A stretch of 28,131 nucleotides of DNA. It comes from an uncultured Acidimicrobiales bacterium (GTDB lineage Bacteria > Actinomycetota > Geothermincolia > Fen-727 > Anoxymicrobiaceae). Of the stretch, positions 9,047 through 17,166 are shown piece by piece. Each line of letters starts with the position of its first letter. The first letter of the stretch is position 1. The translations under genes and the position numbers were made by a program. The DNA is taken from assembly GCA_964485255.1 (NCBI GenBank), contig CAZAIS010000001.1, positions 1 through 28,131 on the forward strand, read 5' to 3'. The notes under the pieces were generated by a model, which saw only the letters and a list, made by a program, of their open reading frames with translations, had not been told where the DNA came from and made no database searches.

Positions 9047-9751
9047 TCATCTGTCGGCTTTGCGGCCGAGCACGCAGAGGCTCACAAAACCGCTTACGGC
9101 CGCTCGGCGGACGTAAGACCTGCGGTAGCTCTCCGAGCCGGGCATCGGCCTGTGCGCAAGATATTTCCACAAATAGAGAGCCATGTAGTCCGCCACCACC
9201 AACCAGCCCCCGCATACCCGTGCTTCCGTGACAACGAAGCCCGCTTCCTCCATCATCGCGCTCACGTCGCGCAAACGGTAGTGCCTGTGTCCCGCGATCA
9301 GCCACGCCGGGTCCATGATGCAGGAGCGGACGTTCTTGCTCGGCGTTCCCAAGGCCAGGCAGCCTCCAGGTCTCGTGACCCTCGAAATCTCCCTCAGGGC
9401 GCGCGCCTCCGAGTCGACGGGCAGGTGCTCGAGCACGTCGAAAAACGTCACCACGTCGAATATCGCCTCCTCGAAAGGAAGGTCGAGGACGGAGCCTTCG
9501 ACGAAGGATGCCCGGGGTACTTTCCCGCGAGCGACCTCCAGGGCCCGCGGTTCTATGTCCAACCCCGTTACGCTGCGCGCGCGCGAAGCTGCCAGGGAAG
9601 CGAAGTCGCCGGTCCAGCACCCGACATCCAGCAAGTCGGCAGAGTTCACCACGTCGCCCACGAAGGCGGCCTTGGCCTCCTGCCGGTAGGCCTCTTTGCC
9701 GCCATCGGCGATCTCGTCGAATCTCATCTTCTTCGGTTCACGCGTTTTCAT
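9047..9751 (-). CDS. Class I SAM-dependent methyltransferase
   Basis: LLDVGCWTG motif I, GLDI, FDVVTFFDVLEHL, RVTRPGG. ATG overlaps the upstream TGA (TGATG). Confidence 0.9.
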   Translation of the reverse strand: MKTREPKKMRFDEIADGGKEAYRQEAKAAFVGDVVNSADLLDVGCWTGDFASLAASRARSVTGLDIEPRALEVARGKVPRASFVEGSVLDLPFEEAIFDVVTFFDVLEHLPVDSEARALREISRVTRPGGCLALGTPSKNVRSCIMDPAWLIAGHRHYRLRDVSAMMEEAGFVVTEARVCGGWLVVADYMALYLWKYLAHRPMPGSESYRRSYVRRAAVSGFVSLCVLGRKADR

Positions 9752-10581
9752 CAGCCGACCCCCGGGTGCCCTTTTTGAAAAACGAGGGCCATGTGGTGCG
9801 CGTACTTCTTCAAGGGACTCCTCAACAGCAGCCGATCGAGCGACGTCAACAGCGGAGACAGGAGATTGTAGAAACGCATTCCCTTAGGTGGGAACGAAGG
9901 GACCATGTCGGTGACTCCTTCACGCACGAGCGCGAGGCCGTGTCTCGCTGCGTCCTTTTCGACCTGCCGCTCCGACAAGACCAGCTCGTGGACGGGAAGG
10001 CCCAGCCTCGCCGCCAGTCTCTCCAGGTAAGCCCCCTGTCTGGGAGTCCTGAAGACAAAGAACCAGCCGCCGTCCCGCGTTACGCGTGATATCTCCGCGA
10101 GGAGCTCGCCCAGCCAATCCGGGTTCACGTGCTCGATGACCGCGTGCGCCACCACCGCATCGAACGCGCCGTCGCCGAACGGCAGGCTCCTGCCGTCGAA
10201 GCCGGTCAGGCTTATCCCGAACACCTTTCGTATCTCTTCCCAGCTCTCCGTCAGCAAGGTCGGGCGCTCCCTCTCCGCGCCGCAAGACCCCCACTCCGCC
10301 CCGTACGCCCGCTCCCTCCCGCAACCGCCGCCCGCGTCGATGTCCACGCCGCGCACATCGTGGCCATACCCCTTGAGCAATACCGCCATCAGGCCCATGC
10401 CGCATCCGACGTCGAGCACCCGGGCCGCGCCGGGCAGCCTGGCATCGGCAATCCGCGCGCACTCCCACATCCCGTTCACGTATACGTCGGACCGCCAGTC
10501 CATCCAGGCGTCCCCCAGGTCCAGTCCCTCCATGGTCCTGCGATACTCCCGTATGAGTTCCGAATAAGCGGTCTTGTCCAT
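9751..10581 (-). CDS. Class I SAM-dependent methyltransferase
   Basis: VLDVGCGMG, GVDI, FDAVVAHAVIEHV, RVTRDGG. Start moved from 10794 to ATG 10581 (MDKTAY, preceded by GGAG). Confidence 0.88.
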   Translation of the reverse strand: MDKTAYSELIREYRRTMEGLDLGDAWMDWRSDVYVNGMWECARIADARLPGAARVLDVGCGMGLMAVLLKGYGHDVRGVDIDAGGGCGRERAYGAEWGSCGAERERPTLLTESWEEIRKVFGISLTGFDGRSLPFGDGAFDAVVAHAVIEHVNPDWLGELLAEISRVTRDGGWFFVFRTPRQGAYLERLAARLGLPVHELVLSERQVEKDAARHGLALVREGVTDMVPSFPPKGMRFYNLLSPLLTSLDRLLLRSPLKKYAHHMALVFQKGHPGVG

Positions 10582-10787
10582 CTCCAGCCTCGCTCTCGCG
10601 CGGCTCCGTCGAAAGGCGAACCGCTCCCTACCGGCACCGTAGCACCGGACGTCGCCTGACCTGTTGAAAACCGCGGTCATTAAACTGTTAGCCGCGAGTC
10701 GCGCTCGAACCTTGCGCGGCCCTGCCCCCGCGGCGCAACCGCGACCCGCGGCCGCGGGTGAACGGCGTGGACGGCTTCCTGTATCAT

Positions 10788-12383
10788 ATGGCAAGAGCCA
10801 CCTGCGCTACCGGCTTGGAGTGGAACATTCGAATACAACTGATAAACCCCACGGTCACGATCTCGAAGGCCGATTACTACCAGGGCATAAGCTTCATGCC
10901 TCCGCTGGGCCTGGCGTACCTAGCGTCCGTCCTGTGCGAGGCCGGTCACGAGGTTTCTATCATCGACCGGTTAGGGGCACACCCGATGCCCGTGGAGCGA
11001 ACGGGCGACCTCTTGAGGTGTGGGATAGACGAGAGCACGGTGCTTGAGCGAATGGAGAGCTTCGCCCCCGAGCTCATAGGCATTACCTGCCCGTACACGG
11101 CAAACGCGCGCGACGCTGTCGATACGGCAAGACTTGTGAAAAGAGCGTCGCCCGGGATTCCCGTCCTTATGGGAGGGGCGCACGCTTCCGTGTGCCCGGA
11201 GGAGCTGCTCGCTGAAGAAAGCGTGGATTATGTCATCGCTGGAGAAGGCGAGGACGTAACGAAGTCCCTGGTCGCCGCCCTCGAATCGGGGGCCGAAACG
11301 TCCGCCATCGACGGACTGATGCGCATGAATGCCGACGGCGTTATATCGGGCAGCCCCGCCCACGAGCGGATCAAGGATCTGGATTCGATCCCGTTTCCCC
11401 GCAGGGACCTGCTACCCATGGAGCAGTACTTCAAGGCCCAGCAATCAGGACTCGAGAGAATAAACAACATCAGGTGGCCCAAGACTACGATGATCACATC
11501 GCGCGGATGCCCCGAGAACTGCGTGTTCTGCGCGATAAGATGCACGTGGGGCAGAAAATGGAAGGGCCGCTCTCCCGGGAACGTCGTAAACGAGATAGAG
11601 GGTCTCGTCAGGGATTTCGGCGTGAGGGAGATAGACTTCCTCGATGACAGCCTCTCTGTTTCCAGGAGCCGGCTCGAGGCGATATGCAACCTCATTATCG
11701 AGCGCGAGATAGACATCAAGTGGACTACGCCGAACGGGATCGCGATATGGTCGCTGGACGAGGATCTGCTGAAGCTGATGAAAAGGTCCGGCTGCTACCG
11801 CCTGACTTTCGGCCTGGAGTCAGGGGACAGCGACACCATTGACTTCATCCGGAAGCGCTACACTCGCGATTACGCTCAAAAGCTCATCGGATACGCGAAC
11901 CGGATCGGTCTGTGGACCATCGGCACATTCATACTCGGTTTTCCCTACGAGACGAGAGCGCAGATGGAACACACGATCCGCTTCGCGATCGATTCCGGCC
12001 TGGACCTCGCGGTGTTCTACTGCGCGGCCGCATTCCCCGGAACGGACCTTTACAAAGTGTGCGCGAGCGAGGGAATAGAGGTACCGAGGTCGGCTTCCCT
12101 GATGCTCAGCGCAATCGACTCGACCACCATGACCGCCGAGCAAATAGCCCGCGTACGCGAGGACGCCAACGGCAGGTTCGCCCGGAACCTGAGGCGACGG
12201 CCCTGGAAAGTCCTGGAGAAGATCAAGAACGTCGAGGACTGCCGGTACGCCGCCCGCGTCAGCCGCTACGCCCTCCGCCTCTCGCGGAGGTCCGCCGCCA
12301 CGCGCAGCACGACCGCGTTCCTGTATTCCGGCGATGGGGGACGGCGGGGACGCCGTTCTCGACAGCAGCGTCGGAGGGGTTGA
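10788..12383 (+). CDS. B12-binding domain radical SAM protein (class B methyltransferase-like)
   Basis: PPLGLAYLAS, MGGAHAS and GEGE in the cobalamin domain; TSRGCPENCVFC (CxxxCxxC); FGLESG; FILGFPYET. Start uncertain (ATG 10788 or slightly downstream). Confidence 0.9.
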   Translation: MARATCATGLEWNIRIQLINPTVTISKADYYQGISFMPPLGLAYLASVLCEAGHEVSIIDRLGAHPMPVERTGDLLRCGIDESTVLERMESFAPELIGITCPYTANARDAVDTARLVKRASPGIPVLMGGAHASVCPEELLAEESVDYVIAGEGEDVTKSLVAALESGAETSAIDGLMRMNADGVISGSPAHERIKDLDSIPFPRRDLLPMEQYFKAQQSGLERINNIRWPKTTMITSRGCPENCVFCAIRCTWGRKWKGRSPGNVVNEIEGLVRDFGVREIDFLDDSLSVSRSRLEAICNLIIEREIDIKWTTPNGIAIWSLDEDLLKLMKRSGCYRLTFGLESGDSDTIDFIRKRYTRDYAQKLIGYANRIGLWTIGTFILGFPYETRAQMEHTIRFAIDSGLDLAVFYCAAAFPGTDLYKVCASEGIEVPRSASLMLSAIDSTTMTAEQIARVREDANGRFARNLRRRPWKVLEKIKNVEDCRYAARVSRYALRLSRRSAATRSTTAFLYSGDGGRRGRRSRQQRRRG

Positions 12384-12434
12384 GGAAACCGGCCACGCGA
12401 TCGGGGATGGAAGGAGCGCGCCGGGAGCGGCGCG

Positions 12435-13148
12435 TCACCTGCGGGCCTTTACCGCTATGAACGCCGAGTGTCGGGGGTCCAGTTCACTCAACAGCTCCGC
12501 TATCCGGCCGCCGAGGGGAAAATAACCGTAACCCTTCAGAACTTCGACCTTGAAACCGTGGGCCTCGAGCAGGTCCACCAGGCCCCTGGGCGCGAAGATC
12601 CGCCTGTGCTGTAGCGGCAGGGCATTGCCGGCCTCCCCCCGGTGCAGTGCAAGGGGGTTGCCGAGCCCCGCGACCTTGCCGCTGATATTGCCGAGCGAGA
12701 ACGGCTGCCAGCCCATCGCTATCGCCGCCACGTTGTACCAGGCCGATATGTTCTCGGTGGATATCGCGAAAACTCCCCCGGGCTTCAGCAACCTGTACGC
12801 CTCGGCCACGAGATTGTCCGTATCATACAGGTGCTCTATGACCTGGTTCGCGATCGCGCAGTCGGCCCTTCCTTCCGGCAGGTCGATCGGCCGGTTCAGA
12901 TCGGAGACGGTCACCTTCACCCCGATGGCGCCGGCGGCGTTCGCGGCCTCCTGTTCGATCTCTATGCCGATTGCCTCAGCCGCGTGAATCGCGCCCGCCA
13001 CCCGCATGGTGTAGACGCCGTCGGCGCAGCCGAAATCCAGCAGCGTCCCGGCGCCGCTCCCCGCCAGGAACTCGATGAGCCCCAGGCGGTTGCGGTCCTG
13101 CGCTTCGATCCAGGTCCTGTGCATGTACTCCCGCAACCCTTCTCTCAC
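12435..13148 (-). CDS. Class I SAM-dependent methyltransferase
   Basis: LLDFGCADG, GIEI, ANQVIEHL, RLLKPGG. GTG start with GGAGG RBS. Confidence 0.9.
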   Translation of the reverse strand: MREGLREYMHRTWIEAQDRNRLGLIEFLAGSGAGTLLDFGCADGVYTMRVAGAIHAAEAIGIEIEQEAANAAGAIGVKVTVSDLNRPIDLPEGRADCAIANQVIEHLYDTDNLVAEAYRLLKPGGVFAISTENISAWYNVAAIAMGWQPFSLGNISGKVAGLGNPLALHRGEAGNALPLQHRRIFAPRGLVDLLEAHGFKVEVLKGYGYFPLGGRIAELLSELDPRHSAFIAVKARR

Positions 13149-13178
13149 GGCAAGTCCTCCATTCCGCCGCGCCGCACT

Positions 13179-14228
13179 TCACTGACTCCAGTTATCCCGC
13201 TCCTGCTCGCGCGGCCTGATTCGGGCTTCCACCACTCCCCAGGCGTACACAACCAGCGTAACAAGGCACGCCGGAACGTGCAGAATCCATGCTATGTCCG
13301 GCCTCCTTGTGTATCCTCTGACCGCCTGCGCGACGAGAGGGACCACCAGGAGGCAGTACGCGATGAACTTCAGGATGCCGCGGGTGCGCCCGCGGTTCGG
13401 GGCGCTCTCCCTCATTCCGCGCGCGCTGTAGTAGCTGAAATCCCGCACCCTCCTGAGTTGCTTTCGCCCGAAGACGCGCAAGCCCGTCCCGTAGAGGTGC
13501 ACTATCCCGGTCTTCACCTTCGCGAAGCGGTCGTAACCCAACGCCACCAGCCCGCTGACTACATCGACGTCGAAGAGATACTCCCCTACGTCCAGAAGCT
13601 CGAGGAGTCCCCGCCGGACCATGAAACCGTTCGCGCCCATCGTTGGAATACGGCCTGTCTGGAGCTTGACCTCCAGGTAATCGCCCCGGTCGCGCTCGTC
13701 CACCTTCAGCCCCGTCCACTTCCCCGAAAGCGCGCTCACGCGGTCGTAGCTGCCCATGAAGTAGACCAGAGGGTCGTTCATTCCCAGCAACGCGCAATAC
13801 CTCGTCAGCATGGGATCGTCCCGCCGGTACGTATACTCCAGCGGCTCCGACGCGGCGATCCCGGGGTCCGCGAAAGGCGCCGTCATGCGTCTCATCCACG
13901 ATCCGTCGGGCAGGATGTTGTCGCTGTCGATCAGGGCTACGACGTCCCGGGTGGCGGCTTTCAGCCCTGCCGCTTTTCCCGCCTCGCCGGTCTTCTTTTC
14001 GTTTTCGACGACCAGGCAGCCGTACTCTTCGGCGATCCGCAACGTCCCGTCCGTCGAGCCCCCATCCGCCACTATTATCTCGAGCGGCCCGTCGAATTCC
14101 TGCAGCCTGATGCTCTCCAGGCACGAGGATAGAACGCTCTGCGCGTTGAGAGTCGGGATTATTACGCTCACCCCGACGGGTTCAACGCCCCGGGACGAGT
14201 CTCGCTTTTTCTCCACCTCACCCGTCAT
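13179..14228 (-). CDS. GT2 family glycosyltransferase with C-terminal membrane helices
   Basis: SVIIPTLN, IIVADGGSTDGT, IDSD (DxD), GANGF, two hydrophobic C-terminal segments. Confidence 0.9.
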   Translation of the reverse strand: MTGEVEKKRDSSRGVEPVGVSVIIPTLNAQSVLSSCLESIRLQEFDGPLEIIVADGGSTDGTLRIAEEYGCLVVENEKKTGEAGKAAGLKAATRDVVALIDSDNILPDGSWMRRMTAPFADPGIAASEPLEYTYRRDDPMLTRYCALLGMNDPLVYFMGSYDRVSALSGKWTGLKVDERDRGDYLEVKLQTGRIPTMGANGFMVRRGLLELLDVGEYLFDVDVVSGLVALGYDRFAKVKTGIVHLYGTGLRVFGRKQLRRVRDFSYYSARGMRESAPNRGRTRGILKFIAYCLLVVPLVAQAVRGYTRRPDIAWILHVPACLVTLVVYAWGVVEARIRPREQERDNWSQ

Positions 14229-14230
14229 TG

Positions 14231-16552
14231 CTACCGCTCCACAATCTCGACGTTGTCTATCTGCAGCAACGCGTTTCTCATCGCGAATATCGCGAGCTCG
14301 TTGTTGCTCAACCGTGTAGCGGGGCCGCTCTTGGTGATATTCAGCTCCAGCCCGCCGGACGGCACCCTGAGGTTGCCGATCTCCACCATGGCCTCCTGGC
14401 CTTGATCCATGAGGCCGGTTGCCAGCTCTTCCCCGCTTTTCGCGCTTATCGTGACCTTGCCCCTGGAGTATGGATTCCTCAACGGTACCTTCAGTGTAAT
14501 CACTCGGTCTTCACCCGTGTAATTCTCAAGCCTGATCGTTCCCAGGCCGTCGAGCACGCGCATGGTTTCTCCTTCCCTGGCCATTATCGGCACGGATATG
14601 TTCCCAAGGTACAGGGGCAGGATGTCGGCCGGTCTTCCCTTGACCTCGTAGATGCGCGCCTGTCCGAACGGACCGTCCTCGTTGAACCTGGCGACTTCCC
14701 GGAAGCCCTCCGGAAGCCGTGACGGGTCCAGCGGCCAGCCCGCGTTCTCCTCGATCTCTCCGACGAAAACCACCGCGTGGGTCATGCCTAGCCTCTTGAG
14801 GTACGAGGGCGTCGCCGGGTCGTAAGGGTTGTAGACTGTTCGACGGGCAGCCTCACCATCGGAGTTCGCGGTCGCTCCGTTGAGCATCGGCTTCTTGAAG
14901 ACCCGCTGGTAGAACAAGAGCTGGCTGGCTAAAAACGGACCGTTCTCGTGGATCGGGTAGAACACGAGCACGGGGTCCCCCTTCATCTTATCTACCGCGG
15001 AGAAGACGCCAGGCGTATCGCTGAAGTCGAAATTCTTGAAAGGCGGAACGGGCACCATCTCTACCAGCAGAAGCGCGACGAAAAGGGTGACAACGATTAT
15101 CGAGCGGGGGCGGAAGCGGTGCGCGAGGAGGACCAGGCCGGCAGCCGCGATCACGATCAAGCAGAGCCCTACGACGACCGACCACCTGTTGTACCAGCGA
15201 AACCAGGGCGCGATCAGCGTCATGATCCTGGACGGGAGCGGGATTTCGGCCGACCCGATGGAAAAGCCCGGCTTGAGCGAAAATACGAAAGCCGAAAGGC
15301 CCGCCGCCGCGAAACCCCACATGGCCGGCGCGGCGCCGCCGCCTCCATGAGGGGCCCGGTGTTCATCCCGCGCCTCGCGAAGCTTTCTTTTCCTGCTCCG
15401 CCATTTAGAGAGAGTCAGTACCAGGCAGATGGTGGCGAGCAGGAAAACCGTCCAACCGATGTATACCGAATCGACGTAAAGAGCCTGGGTCACCTTGTGA
15501 AGCCTCCTCTGCAGCGGAGCCAGCAGAGAGTTCTTGAAGTTCGGCCTCAGGTATTGTGCCGGAGACGCGGACGCGCCGTACAAGTATTCGTCTATGCGAA
15601 GTTCGGCCGGCGTGGGGCTGGTAGGCCACCTGCCGGGAGGATTGTAGTCACTCGCGTACAGGACGAAGAACGGCAGTACCGCGATCACGAAGACGAGCAG
15701 GGCGCAAAGAGACAGCAGGGCGGTCCTCCTGTTCACCGAAAGGTGATCCCGGATCGAACGGCGCAGGCCGCCCCCCGAAGCGTCCCTCACCACGAGGTAG
15801 ACCCATCGACCGATCAGGAAGGCCGGTGTGAACACTCCCATGAAAAGCCCGAAATGCAGTGAGGTGTTGGCCACCAGTATCGCGCTCAGGGAGACGCCTA
15901 ACGCCGTCTTCCATCCGGGCTTCTCGATGAAAAGGATCAGGCAGAGGATGTAGAGAGGCATCCACTGCGTTGCGGCCAGCCCCGAGCCTATAAACATAGA
16001 ATAGTTGACGTGGAACGCGGACAGCATGAACGCTATTCCCGCGAAAAACGCTACCCGCCGGTCGTGCAGCAGATGTCGCACCAGGTAATACATCGTAACG
16101 CCCGAGAGCGCGTATCCCAGGAGCACGTCTATGTTCCATGCAACCACCTCGTTGGTGAACAGGAGGAGGAACCTCCACTCCAGGTACCCGAGAGGTTGCA
16201 CCGGAAACCCGAGCGAGCTTCCGAAGGGAGCGCCGATCAGTGGACAGAACGTCACGCTTCCGCCGTATGCGCCGGCATTCTTGTACCACCAGTTCAACCA
16301 TATCGTCCCGAGGTTGTCTCCCGGGACACCGTATATGGAACTGCTGAAGCGCGTTATGAGAGGCCAGGTCAGATAGAGTGTGAACAAAACGTAAAAAAGG
16401 ATTATCCAGAACTCGGGCCTTACGCGGGATATGCTCGCCGCCATACGACCGGCCACACCGGAGAAAGGCCTCCGGGCGCCAGCGACGGAGGCAGCCTCAG
16501 CGGCGCCGTCCGCGGCCGTGTCTTTTGCTCCAGTGTCATTCATCGCCAGCAA
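14231..16552 (-). CDS. Large multi-pass membrane protein, predicted GT-C / YfhO-like glycosyltransferase (paralog B)
   Basis: PGDNLGTIWLNWW loop, many TM helices, collinear with 6792-9029. Start TTG 16552 or ATG 16543. Confidence 0.65.
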   Translation of the reverse strand: MLAMNDTGAKDTAADGAAEAASVAGARRPFSGVAGRMAASISRVRPEFWIILFYVLFTLYLTWPLITRFSSSIYGVPGDNLGTIWLNWWYKNAGAYGGSVTFCPLIGAPFGSSLGFPVQPLGYLEWRFLLLFTNEVVAWNIDVLLGYALSGVTMYYLVRHLLHDRRVAFFAGIAFMLSAFHVNYSMFIGSGLAATQWMPLYILCLILFIEKPGWKTALGVSLSAILVANTSLHFGLFMGVFTPAFLIGRWVYLVVRDASGGGLRRSIRDHLSVNRRTALLSLCALLVFVIAVLPFFVLYASDYNPPGRWPTSPTPAELRIDEYLYGASASPAQYLRPNFKNSLLAPLQRRLHKVTQALYVDSVYIGWTVFLLATICLVLTLSKWRSRKRKLREARDEHRAPHGGGGAAPAMWGFAAAGLSAFVFSLKPGFSIGSAEIPLPSRIMTLIAPWFRWYNRWSVVVGLCLIVIAAAGLVLLAHRFRPRSIIVVTLFVALLLVEMVPVPPFKNFDFSDTPGVFSAVDKMKGDPVLVFYPIHENGPFLASQLLFYQRVFKKPMLNGATANSDGEAARRTVYNPYDPATPSYLKRLGMTHAVVFVGEIEENAGWPLDPSRLPEGFREVARFNEDGPFGQARIYEVKGRPADILPLYLGNISVPIMAREGETMRVLDGLGTIRLENYTGEDRVITLKVPLRNPYSRGKVTISAKSGEELATGLMDQGQEAMVEIGNLRVPSGGLELNITKSGPATRLSNNELAIFAMRNALLQIDNVEIVER

Positions 16553-16645
16553 AGTACCGTCTATTCTACAGTAAGCGGACCTGGCACCGTCAGCGCGCTG
16601 TCGGCGCTATCGTGCGATTTAACGGACCGGCAATCCCCTGAAAGC

Positions 16646-16684
16646 AAGAAAAGCCAGCCTTTTCAAAAGCTGGCTTTTCTTTCT
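16646..16684 (-). terminator. Intrinsic (probably bidirectional) terminator downstream of pilA
   Basis: 13-bp perfect inverted repeat aagaaaagccagc (16646-16658) / gctggcttttctt (16669-16681) with T-rich tails on both strands, just past the pilA stop. Confidence 0.85.
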
Positions 16685-16696
16685 GAACGAACCGAT

Positions 16697-17077
16697 CTAG
16701 ATCGAATGACCGCTGACACTGCCCGGGCAACTGACCGTCGGCGGGTTCGAACCTCCTGCACCCACCAACGTATAAGTATTACCCGAGTTGGTCGCTGACG
16801 AGGCCGGGCATGTGGGGAGCTTCTTGATGTACGTCGCTACAAAAACAGACTGTACCGACGCGGCACCAGGATACGCGCCATCCTCCCTATCGGCGATGTA
16901 CGTGTTGATCGCCCCGTCAATGGTCCTCAGGTTCGCCTGGCAGGTTCTCCTCTGAGCATTCGATCTCGCCGACAGGAATACCGGTACGGCGATAGCAACA
17001 AGGATTGCGATGATTAGAATGACTATCATCAGCTCGATCAGAGTGAAACCTTCATGCCTTCCAAGCATGCGCCTCAT
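16697..17077 (-). CDS. pilA: Type IVa pilin, probable major pilin
   Basis: Class III signal MRRMLGRHEG|FTLIELMIVILIIAILVAIAVP with E5. GAGGGGGTG RBS supports ATG 17077. Has its own promoter-like region and terminator. Confidence 0.92.
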   Translation of the reverse strand: MRRMLGRHEGFTLIELMIVILIIAILVAIAVPVFLSARSNAQRRTCQANLRTIDGAINTYIADREDGAYPGAASVQSVFVATYIKKLPTCPASSATNSGNTYTLVGAGGSNPPTVSCPGSVSGHSI

Positions 17078-17117
17078 GTGATTCACCCCCTCTCGGCAAC
17101 TCTCATCTCTATTTATA

Positions 17118-17147
17118 TGCATCGGTCTTAGCGACTGTCTCCTTTAG
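17118..17147 (-). promoter_or_regulatory. Possible sigma28 (FliA/WhiG/SigD)-type promoter of pilA
   Basis: CTAAA (17147-17143), 17 nt, CCGAT (17125-17121). An overlapping TATAAA offers an alternative sigma70 -10. Confidence 0.4.
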
Positions 17148-17166
17148 CGGTTCCTCGTCCACGAAC

